Part shown: positions 13,801 to 24,101 of the stretch, piece after piece | Layout: each line of letters opens with the position of its first letter | Position numbering within the stretch: position 1 is the first letter of the stretch | NCBI RefSeq assembly: GCF_041956535.1 | Contig: NW_027192210.1 | Coordinates: 380,021 to 444,020, forward strand | Reading direction: 5' to 3' | DNA length: 64,000 bases | Origin: Calcarisporiella thermophila CBS 279.70 | Lineage: Eukaryota > Fungi > Calcarisporiellomycota | Position numbers and translations under genes: made by a program | The notes under the pieces: generated by a model | What the model was told of the DNA's origin: nothing | The model's input: only the letters and a program-made list of their open reading frames with translations | Database searches by the model: none

Positions 13801-16800
13801 CAGGAGCTGATTACCGACCCGGATCACCCCCGTGTCGTCAAATTGATCCGAAAGCTGAGGAAGATGCCCGATACCGAGTTTATTGATTTCGAACCCAAAA
13901 CTGGAACCTGGATCTTTAAAGTACAACATTTTAGTCGTTACGGGCTCGAAGACGAAGAGGAGGAAGAGCAAGATACCCAGCAGAAGACATCGACGCAAAG
14001 AGCATCAAATTTTAATCCCCAAGAACCCTCAGGCTCCTCTTCTCAGCGAATGGCGGTTGATGCTCCGCAGGAAGAAGATGAAGATGCACCTCCTACTGAA
14101 TCACTTCTTACTGCGTTGTCTGAAAAAAAGCCTGCAGTTCGCACCGGTTTTGGTGTTCCGGATCTGACCGAGTCATCCGACGAAAGCGAAACTGGAGACG
14201 CCCTGCCTACAACAGGGGATCAAGAAGCACCACACACTCCTCTCCGTTTTAGTGGCATTGCGCGCACACGCGCCCGATTAGGTGTTGAACCGCATCAAGC
14301 TCAAGTAATGCAAGCATCCCTCTTCGGCACTCCAACTTCAACGGGAGAAAAATCCAAACTCACACCCCTTACTCCACATTGGATTGGCTCCGGAGTATTA
14401 CCATCTTATCCTGCGGGACGGCAAGATCTAAGTGTTACCACACAAGACGAGTCTCGTCTGAATGCAGGCAAATTTCAGAGCAAACTTACAAGCGGGTCTT
14501 TTTTTGAGCGTCCGAGCGGCGGTGGGGGCCGCGACGACCAATCAGATATGAATCTTGATGCCCCACAGATTCTGGATGACTCCACCGTCGGCTATGAGGT
14601 ATTTGAATTAACTATTGTTATTTTCTGATTGAGCAATTCTATAGCTAATGATATCTTTCATTTTTCATTTAGTTTCCCTCTTCTCTTCAAGTCTTACCGC
14701 CGCGTAAGAAACCAACACGTAGATCCATTCATGTTGGCATGGATAAGTCTGTTCTGCGTAATCACCTTGACAATGTGGTAGATGCAGGACTGATGATGGG
14801 TCGTTCTTTTCGTGTCGGCTGGGGAACTGGTGGTATAATAGTTCGGAATCTTGGTAGCTCGAATGTCAGTCTAGATAAGCTAAGGATTTTTGTGGAAGAG
14901 GAGGTATGTATTGCTACTTCAATACTTCATTTTAACTCCTATAACATATTTCATTCCGGAATTATTTTTCTTTCATGAATTGCTCGGGATCTTTGATAGG
15001 ATGTTCAAAAAAAGAGGCACGAGACTTCTTTGAAAGTGCAGCTGGAACTTACAGAAATTGTGCAGGATGCTAAAGGAATCCCCAAGGCTTATACGCTTCC
15101 TAACGCCGATTTTGGAGCATTCGTCGAAAACATGTTTATCAACAAGGACCTCTTCCACACCAATGAATTGCTCATCTTTAAACTTGGAAAGGCTTTATGG
15201 GACCACATCCCATCGCTGGTGGATGATACTTTCAGCCGCCAAGTGGCAGATCATATTCGCGCGATTGATCGAAAGAGCGCTTTCTCCCGTTGGCTGCAGG
15301 AAGCAGTCGAGCCTGAGGTGCTTCGTGATTTGCAAACGAGCGTGAGCCAACGTGATGGCGCCAGTGCTATTTTCACCTATCTTACCGGTAAACAGATCGC
15401 TAAGGCGTGCATGGCTGCAATAAAGAATCGTGATTTCAGGCTTTCAACCTTGCTCGCACAGGCTGGGGGAGACGTGGCCTTCCGCGAAGACTTGATGGAG
15501 CAAGTGGAGAAATGGAAAGAGCTTCGATTCGAGTCTGAAATATCAAAGTCCTACCGCAAAATTTACGAGCTGCTTTCAGGAGAAGTGGGTATGTCCAAGG
15601 GAGTGCGTGACCCATCGCCTCATGACTGTAGCGATACTATTTTCATTGCCGAAGGTCTAGACTGGAAACGTACGCTTGGTTTACATCTGTGGTACGGGAT
15701 TTTTGAAGACTCCGTCTTAAACAAAGCAGTGACCCGCTACGAGACCTTCTTTAAACAAGGCGAGGGCGTTCCTCCACCCCTGCCTTGGTACCTTGAACGC
15801 CCAGAGGAGGTGCAAACTGGTGTCACCACCCTGCCGCGGGAAAAAGAAGCGATCGATGTACTTTTCCAACTGATGAAGCTCTACACAGATTCTACTCACT
15901 CGCTGAACTCTACGTTATGTCCCAACGGCATTACTCCATCGCTAATGGACCACCGTATATCTTGGCATCTATATCGTTTACTTGCCAAAGTACTCCGAGT
16001 GCGCGACTTTAACGATCGCGCTCAACTCTATGTGGATGAGGAGGCTATGGAAGGGGAAGAGAGAGATGAAGAGGAAGAGGGGTGGAGCTCAACCGCCGAC
16101 AGTGTCTGTGCTAGCTTTGCACTTCAACTCGAAAACCTGGGCCTCTGGGAATGGGCTATTTTCGTTCTCTTGCACCTCAATTTCGCCGAAAAGTGGGTGA
16201 TCCCCCTTCTAAGAGCATGCTTGTGGATGTTTTCACTAATTTTAATTTTATTTCTTATAGTCGAGAATCCGCAATCAAAGAAATCCTAGGGAGACATCTC
16301 TCAATTTCACCGATACCCGATGAGCACATGTCGCAAAAAGAAGACTTCCTCACCTCCACCCTGAAGATTCCAGAGACTTGGCTGCATGAAGCAAAAGCAG
16401 TGCGTGCCAAATACGAGCACAACTATCGCCTTGAGGCTATTCATTGGCTTAAGGCCGGGCAGTGGAGTGCAGGACACAAACTCATTGTGACCAAGCTAGC
16501 TCCTGAAGCAATCATTAACGGGGATTTGACGATGCTACGAGATCTTCTTGAAAGAGTTGACTCCCGAATGGTCTGGGACTGGCATGTCGGTGGCCAACTT
16601 TTCCTCGAATATATAGAGTACATCGAGACCATTCCACTTTTGCTTCGTCGCTTAACACGGGGGGAAATTACACGCGAAAAGCTTTATATTTTCAAACCGA
16701 AGTTGCAGCGATTACTGCGTGATCTAGGCGAACTTCGTCGAGATGAATTTAAGGGTGATGTGCGGCGCGTCGTATGCATTGCCGAGATGGCGAGTCAAAT

Positions 16801-17016
16801 ATCAGGCATGCTCCAACAAATCGACAGTAGGGTAAATATGAGCCATTCACGTACCGTGCCATTTGGTGTAGTTGCTTACCTTCTCTTCTATGTTAGTTGA
16901 GTGATGACGAGTTTTTGTTGGTGAATGTGTCACTACCCCAAGATCAGAGACTGCTTAGACTGCAGAAACTGAGCTCTGATTATTTTAGCGGTTTGGTGGA
17001 ACAATCATCACACTGA
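10809..17016 (+). CDS. NUP98: Nup98-Nup96 nucleoporin polyprotein precursor (Nup189/Nup145-like)
   Basis: FG/GLFG repeats, GLEBS motif (FHSITAMPAYRNWSFEELRFQDY), autoproteolytic domain ending in HFS at 13927-13935, Nup96 motifs (GRSFRVGW, RDFRLSTLLAQ, LDWKRTLGLHLWY, QLENLGLWEWAIFVLLH). Confidence 0.96.
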
Positions 17017-17432
17017 CGAGGGATATTATTGTTTTATTTTTCTTTTTAAATAAAAATAAAGGTATAATGCATTCGAAATATGAAGCCATCAGTTATTTTT
17101 ATTTTTTCCCCTTTGTCGTCTTTTTTTATTCGCTCTATTTACAAAACTTCGCTGTTATTTCTTTCTCCTTGACGTGAAATAAACATAACATAGAGACTCT
17201 GATGCGCAACCATATAGCTATTAAAGATTTGTAGTAACATATGTATCAAATAATACAAACTATGATCTTTTTCATGCCATTAACGAGGTAAGAAATCCTT
17301 TTCGTTTGTCTCGATTGGAAATATCAAGGTACTCTACAGTAATTGGTTTAATAAATCGGAGAGCGACAATCCAAGGAAATAAATGATATTGAAATATAAA
17401 CTTTATTGTTACGCTGGAATAAGAATAAAGAT

Positions 17433-19283
17433 TCACTTTTCGGTATTGTGTTTTTTCTGCTGCTCCTTCTTTTTATTTCTCTTCCTTGCCACCTCTTCTA
17501 CTTCCTCCCATGCTGCGTCCTTCATTTTCTCCCACATATCGCTAGCAATTTTTCCGCGCTTCACTAATCTATTGCCGCCACTTGCTACTTTACGCTTCTT
17601 GTGATCACTGTGGTGTAGTGTCTCGCCCCTCTGTTCTCCCATATCACGTCGGAAATAAATGTTCTCTTCAACGTGCTTGTTATGATTATGCGTTACCGAG
17701 TCGGAGATGGCCACAGGACGGATATGAACAACCGATTGACAGCTGCGCTTGAAATAAATATTGTTTTGATAGTTCTCATTCTCCTGCTCTACCCGCGAGT
17801 GAGACTCAGAAATGGGAGTAATGCTAACGTAACATGCCCCGTCATCATCGATCCAATAATCCTTTCGTTCAACTGCACTTGGTTTCTCCTGTCCCTTCTC
17901 ATTCTCCTTCTCATGCTTGACTCGTCGTCCATATTTCCTTGCCCCTTTTTGCTCCTCTTCATCCCCGAAATCATCATCCTCCTCCTCTTCGTCCTCATTA
18001 TCGTCTTCCGCAATGTCTTCCTCGTTATCAACTCTCTTCTTCTCAGACATATAGATATCAGCGAAATTTGCACTCTCCGCTAAATCATCCCGGTGCTTAC
18101 CCCGCTTCCAAAACTTGTCATTTTCACCATTATTGCAGTTGGCATTGACAGCCTCGGTATTGGATATTGCCACGGGCTGATTTTCAACCTTGGTGTGATC
18201 ACTTTCGTGGGAGGTATGGTGATAATCCTCATCTCCTCGCTTCCAAAATTCCTCGTTCTCAGCGTCGTTATGATTCACATTTTGAGCTTTCGCGTTTGAG
18301 ATGGCTTTGGGCTGATTCTTGATTTGCGCGCGGTGACGGTCATAGTAGCTCTGGTGCCAATCATTGTCATACCAACGCTTCCAGAATTCACTGTTTTCCG
18401 CGTCACTGTGGTTGTCATTGATCGCTTTCCCGTTAGACACCGCGACAGGCCTATTTTCAGCAAGGGTATGGTGGTTGTGCGAGCTATAATGGTCATGGTG
18501 ATACCAGTCATCATCGAATCCACGCTTCCAGAACCCATCGTTGTCGATGTGATTTCCATTAACATTTACCGCCTGCGAATTCGACACAGCCGTGGGGTTA
18601 TTTTTTATTATCGTGTCATCCAAATGATGGTAATCGTGGTAGTGGTGGTGGTGGGGATGGTGGTGGTGCCTGTGTTTGTTTCCCCAACGCTTCCACAAGT
18701 TTCCATTTTCTCCATGATTCGAGTTGATATTCTTTGCCTGGGAATTCGACACTGCTACCGGATTATTTTCGATCTTATGATGATGGTCATGCCAGTGTTC
18801 GTGATGGTGGTTCCAGCGCTTCCACAAATCACCATTATCTCCATGATTTGTGTTGATATTCTTTGCCTTAGAATTTGACACTGCTACCGGATTATTTTCG
18901 ATCTTCTGATGATGGTCATGCCAGTGTTCGTGATGGTGGTTCCAGCGCTTCCACAGGTTTCCGTTTTCGCCGTGATTACAATTGATATTCTCTGCCTGCG
19001 CATTTGAGACAGACGTAGGCTCATTCTCTACATGTAGATGATGATCCGAATAATGGTTATCCCAATCTTCATCATCTCGGCGCTTCCAAAACTCAGTATT
19101 CTCCTGGTGGTTGGCATTGAGATTTTTTGCACCAGCATTAGAGACTGCAACTGGTGATGCATCTATCACCATCGTATGGTGATGGTGGTGGTGATGGTCC
19201 CAATGGTCATGGCGCTTATCGACAGGAAGACCATTCACCAGGGTGCTGGCGGTAAGAGCGAGAGCAATAATAATGAATTTCAT
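17433..19283 (-). CDS. Secreted His/Asn-rich Kex2-processed repeat protein (KEP), 616 aa, intronless
   Basis: Signal peptide MKFIIIALALTASTLVNG, pro-peptide LPVDKR, then eight 43-55 aa repeats each ending in [FL]WKR and two degenerate repeats ending in NIYF[KR]R. Confidence 0.88.
   Translation of the reverse strand: MKFIIIALALTASTLVNGLPVDKRHDHWDHHHHHHHTMVIDASPVAVSNAGAKNLNANHQENTEFWKRRDDEDWDNHYSDHHLHVENEPTSVSNAQAENINCNHGENGNLWKRWNHHHEHWHDHHQKIENNPVAVSNSKAKNINTNHGDNGDLWKRWNHHHEHWHDHHHKIENNPVAVSNSQAKNINSNHGENGNLWKRWGNKHRHHHHPHHHHYHDYHHLDDTIIKNNPTAVSNSQAVNVNGNHIDNDGFWKRGFDDDWYHHDHYSSHNHHTLAENRPVAVSNGKAINDNHSDAENSEFWKRWYDNDWHQSYYDRHRAQIKNQPKAISNAKAQNVNHNDAENEEFWKRGDEDYHHTSHESDHTKVENQPVAISNTEAVNANCNNGENDKFWKRGKHRDDLAESANFADIYMSEKKRVDNEEDIAEDDNEDEEEEDDDFGDEEEQKGARKYGRRVKHEKENEKGQEKPSAVERKDYWIDDDGACYVSITPISESHSRVEQENENYQNNIYFKRSCQSVVHIRPVAISDSVTHNHNKHVEENIYFRRDMGEQRGETLHHSDHKKRKVASGGNRLVKRGKIASDMWEKMKDAAWEEVEEVARKRNKKKEQQKKHNTEK
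18687..18944 (-). repeat. Near-identical 2 x 129-bp tandem duplication inside the KEP gene (repeats 3 and 4)
   Basis: ttccagcgcttccaca recurs 129 bp apart; both units encode WNHHHEHWHDHH.KIENNPVAVSNS.AKNIN.NHG.NG.LWKR. Confidence 0.9.
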
Positions 19284-20259
19284 AATTAAATGAGAGTAAG
19301 GGGTAGAGGGATAAGTTATGATAAATAAAACTTTGGATATAGAGACGCCGCTGGGAAATTAGGGGTGAAAGGGGGGTACAAAGCAAAAGCAAAGGAGTGA
19401 TATATTTTATAAAGGCCCTTTTTTTTGGTTCCTGAGGAAAGGAGAGAGATTGACTCGAAAAATGATTCGAAAAGGCACAATAGGATGAATTGGAATGAAG
19501 CTGATCGAGCGCTAAGCTTTATATTCTCGCCCTCGGATAATTAATTCTTTTCATATTGATGCTATATTGAAAATTTGCCCATGCGACAATGGACAGACTA
19601 AGTTAATTCTTGTAAATGCGAGAAGGAATGTCAACGTACTAGTTCAAGTCACGGTAGGAAAAGCCTAACCAGAAAGGGAGGATCGCCGCGAAGAATGTGC
19701 TCGGCCTTGGCTTAGGACAATTTACCCCACGCAAATAATGCCGATCCCTGATCATAGGGAAGAAAACACTTTCCCATTTATGATTGACTCCTTGAATTAC
19801 ATCCGACGTGATGTTCAGTATTTAAAAACAATGCGAAAAACTTCGCGAGTAAAAAAAATTAGACTTAAGAATTTAATGTACACGCCTTTAAATCTGACCA
19901 AACGGTAATTAATTCGTTTAGATCTAGAATAATCTTTAAAATGGGATAATAGGAAGGAACTTCTTTATAATCTTGATTTTAACTAAACCCAAAGTTTCAT
20001 TCAGAATTTTTTAATATACCGTAGATATATGATTTTACATATAGGATATTATGTTTTATTAATTATATTATATGCCGGAAACTATTAGACTGGATAAAGA
20101 AAAGTGTGAATAGAAAAGAAAACAAATGTGAAACCATTTCGTTTAAAAAGACATTCGAACATAAAAGGAAAAAAAAAATAACTTGAATGCAAAAGTGTTA
20201 TACGAAAGACATTGAAGGAAATATAAAAAAGATATCATTTAAACCATAATTCAAAATAA

Positions 20260-21427
20260 TTATTTGTCTGCTAAGAGCGATACAAGTTTCTTAATCGGGC
20301 TCACTATTTTTGTTTCTGTCGGTTCTGTCGTATCAGCACCCTGATCTTCCTCCTCCTCGTCATTAGATGCCAGATCTGTGATGGGTTCCAGTTGGCGACG
20401 ATGGGCACTCTTCACCATCTTGCTTTTCTTGTTGGATTTAACCGACTTGCTGTGCTTATGCGCTTTGCTGTGATGCTTTTGACTCTTAGGCGCATCGAAC
20501 GACGGTTCCATACTCTGAGGTGCAGACTTTTCATCGACTATTGTCTTTTCCTGTTCTTGAGGTTGGGGTTGCGCTGGTTCAGGAGCCGCGGGGGCAGCTT
20601 CTGGACCACCCCCTCCTAATAATGGGAGAGAACCCACCAAGGGTAGTTGCCGACGTAGTAAACCCTGACCTGGGATGACTTCGAGTACACCTTGCAGCGG
20701 ACTTGGCTCCATTCCGACTGGGTTTGCTAGATCAGGAGTTTTAGCACGAGCAGCTTTCTTCGCGTGAATTGGAGAAGCTTTCTCTAAGTTAAAATCACGT
20801 CGATTAACCGCTTTTCCCTGGGCTTTAACCTTTTTGGTCTTTGTTTGCTCCTGAGGCACAGCCATTTGCGCCTGCTGTTGTACTGGCACTGCCACCGGAG
20901 CAGGAGCCTGCTGACTTTGCCCCAACTCTCCAAGCACATCTTGATCAATTAGAGGGGGGAGCAGACCCGTCTGCCGGCGCTGTGGATTCACTACCTTAGC
21001 TTTCGCCTCTGGCTTCACCGTCTTAATATTTTTCTTGGCCGAGCCCTTAGTAGCCGCATTTTTCAAGGTTTTCTGTTGCTGATTCTGTACCTGTTTTGAC
21101 TTTGTCTTTGCCTTCGCTTTTTGCTTTTTCTCATCCTGATTGACCTCTGGTTGGATTTGCTCCTGAGGCTGTTGCTCCACTTCTGGTGCCTCTCCTTGAT
21201 CCTGTTGCTCAGGAGTACTATAGATGAACAATCTCGTTAGTTTTCTCGACACCATTTTTAGGGGGAGTCTGGGCTTACATGTCAAGCAAGCTTGAAACAA
21301 CGGGAACTTGCTCCAGACCCAAGTCTCCGCGTTTAGCCAGGAGGTCTTGTGAGATAGTTGGTGCACTCTTGGATAGAGTTGCGAAATAGAGCATCGCCGA
21401 AATGGCGATGAATGTAGTTGATTTCAT
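20260..21427 (-). CDS. Secreted Gln/Lys/Pro-rich protein with multiple dibasic sites (second KEP-like precursor), 2 exons
   Basis: Exon 1 (21427-21279), not in the ORF track, reads MKSTTFIAISAMLYFATLSKSAPTISQDLLAKRGDLGLEQVPVVSSLLD; an intron gtaagc...ctaac...tatag joins it in frame to TPEQQDQ of ORF 20260-21366; internal QRR, NRR, LRR and HRR sites. Confidence 0.75.
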
Positions 21428-22157
21428 GATGATAAGTGAGTGGTGCTGTACAGGTATGCTCCTGAGAGAGGCAACTTGTGCTTTTTTGATACAGTAAAAA
21501 AACTTTTCAAAAATATATATAGAGAGGAGAAGGGATGAATTGAGGAAAAAGATGAAAAATTTGAAAGAGAAAAATGGAGAGAAAATATAAACTGATGCAA
21601 TATAAAAATGAATATCAGAAATTTACATACATAAATGAAAAATGAAACAATCGAAACGCTCCCACTTAAATTGCTTGCTAAAGCATGAGATTTTAAGAGG
21701 CAAAGTCGACCGATCCTATATAAAAACGTATAAAAAGAGAAATTAAGAAAATAATATTGGACAAAAGCACACACCATATCTGGTGCCTCAGTCCCTTAAT
21801 GGTGATATAATGCTTTGTGCGAATGCCTCTTCACCGGCTGACGAAAAGAGAGGTTGCAAAGGAGATATTTCATCGGTTGTGTGAAATTAACTGTCGATCG
21901 ATTTTCAACTTTAACCAATTTCCCCGCAATCATACCTTCTAAAAAGGGGTATATTAAGAGCGATCGTTTCAAAATAATTACTTTTCTCAGTTTTCAAGGG
22001 AAAAAAGGGGCGCAAGGTATGTCGTTATTTGACAAGCCCCTCCTTATCAAGGGAAGATGTTCGTGTTTATCAGTTTTATTTGGTACATACTAGAAAACAA
22101 TAATTACAATAATCGACAAAACAGACAAATCCCAATTCAGGCAAGCAACCGACATGT

Positions 22158-23343
22158 CTAGATATCCACTGGGGGTGGTCTCCAGGGCCCAGCGTCTGAG
22201 TGACGACATCCTCCTTCATTTTCACAACGACAGCTGCCACCGAACTATGACAAAAGAGGACTCGTAAAACGCAGCTTCCTTTTGAAATTTCTTAAGACTA
22301 TAATAAATTACCCACCTTTTCGGGTAGATTTTCTGGCGCTATATCTTTCAAAAGAGAACTTGTGTATTTGCTACCTAGAATCACAATTTTACTAGCCGTC
22401 ACCTCGTCCAAAAAATTCTAAATAGGATTAATGGCCAAGATCATAGGAGCATAACCCATTGTTCAGGAAGAGTCATCAACAGTTTTCCGTAAAATAATTT
22501 ACCTTTATGAGATTCCATATAGACGAAAACAATAGAGGCGCATTTATCACATACATCCGTCCGAGCTGCTCTGGATAGTAGTCTTGCGCTATTGCAGTAG
22601 TTCGACGAACAAAGCTCAAAGCTCGTGGTGCTTCCTTAAGACTTAGGCCCTTCAAATCCATGATTACCAAGCACTCCTCGATATTTCTCTCAGCATACGC
22701 GGAGCATGCGGGGAACTTTTCGCGGACAAGTTTTTCGTATCCTGAAATAAAATGCTTGATCATACGATCCTCTGTTGTCACCTTAAAGAGCTCCGTAATA
22801 TCTGCGCTTCCTGCCTCTTCGAAATAGACTGGTCTCCCAAAACGATCCGTCTTGTGATACTAATGCAATGATAGAGTGTTAAGAAGTAGAGCTACGCTCT
22901 CATGCAATCTCCCTACATACATAGCGAGGATATAAACTTTCCACCACTTTCTCCTCTGGAAATTCAAAATTTCGGTAGAGTTCATCCACCTTGAAATCTC
23001 TTCGCCATTGCTCACATGCTCGTATCATTTTCATAGTGGCTTCCAAGTCAAATTTCCTAGCTCGCAAAAATCTCAATATTAAATAATCCGTGTGTCGATC
23101 CGGATTAAAAAGTCCTTCGGACATCATTTCTGTGCGACAACGATCAAGAGTTGATTGTTGCTTGAGAGTTAGTGCTCCAACTCGACCAGTTCCTCCAAAC
23201 TTGGCTGGAAGTCTACTTGCTGAACCACGCACACTGTGCACTGAAAAAGTGGAAACTGAGCGTGGATCTGTTGTGAATGCGAGGGATTCATCAGAAGCTG
23301 AGTGTGATGGACGTAGTGGATATCCTAGAAAATTCTTCTTCAT
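22158..23343 (-). CDS. SEC14: Sec14-like CRAL-TRIO phosphatidylinositol transfer protein
   Basis: [52 protein letters not shown]-terminal GGSCRC...[10 protein letters not shown]; the start codon is uncertain. Confidence 0.9.
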
Positions 23344-24101
23344 TCCTCCTGCTAAACACAAAATGATAAGAGGATAGGTGGATGAGTGTTATACTGTGCA
23401 ATAGATTGGTAATATAGATACTTTCTAATTATGAAAAAGAATTTCAATGTTAAGCTATTAAAATTTTGATAATAGTATTATTACATCTATATATATAGTG
23501 TAAAATGACAAATGAAAGGTCACGCTTGACCCTGAAATCAAATGGAATTTTTCCTAGAATTCTATTTGCAATACAAATGAAATCAAATTCCCCATTTTGC
23601 CCTATATTCGCTATCTCTAGACTCTGAACTCGAGCTGTCATCAAAAATTCATCAAGAGGCGCTGTATTTTGTAATCTGCAACAAACATTATTTCGCTTCG
23701 TCTTGCCTTATTATGCCTTTAAGATTGCTCATTTTAAAGATAGGATAAGTTGCGATTTTATATTATATATTATACTATTTTGGATAAATTAATCCTGTAA
23801 AATAAATTTTTCGACAAAACCTATTTAACAAAATGTATGCGATTTTTTTGCTTTCATGGGTCACGCTCTGCGACCATTAGGAATAGCAGGCGAAAAGATA
23901 ATTCCAGTATCAAAAGCTGTAAAAATAAGAGATTACACCCTAGATAAACATGGTGAATTCTCCACTCTTCGGACGTGATATTTATGGTTTTCAAGTTGAA
24001 TGCGATTGTAAAACTGGCGCAGAGAAAATAAAATAAAGTGATATTTAATATTAAAATCAAAGTCGAGCGAGTATGAACACAAAGCGTATATATAAATCCA
24101 A

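Noticed and set aside
17640-17775. ENIYFRR/NNIYFKR resembling the TEV protease site ENLYFQ
   Set aside because: Lacks the P1 Gln; better explained as a degenerate version of the repeat end N-x-x-aromatic-KR
17673-18878. Plus-strand Met/Val/Ile-rich ORFs opposite the KEP gene
   Set aside because: Antisense reading of His/Asn/Asp codons; no independent evidence of coding
18102-19211. Regularly spaced cgcttcca motifs resembling a CRISPR-like array
   Set aside because: They are the codons for WKR within an open reading frame in a eukaryotic gene; no cas genes are present
17433-21427. KEP genes as a dikaritin/ustiloxin-type RiPP cluster
   Set aside because: No DUF3328/UstY oxidase, tyrosinase or other tailoring gene is adjacent, and the modules (43-55 aa) are much longer than typical dikaritin cores
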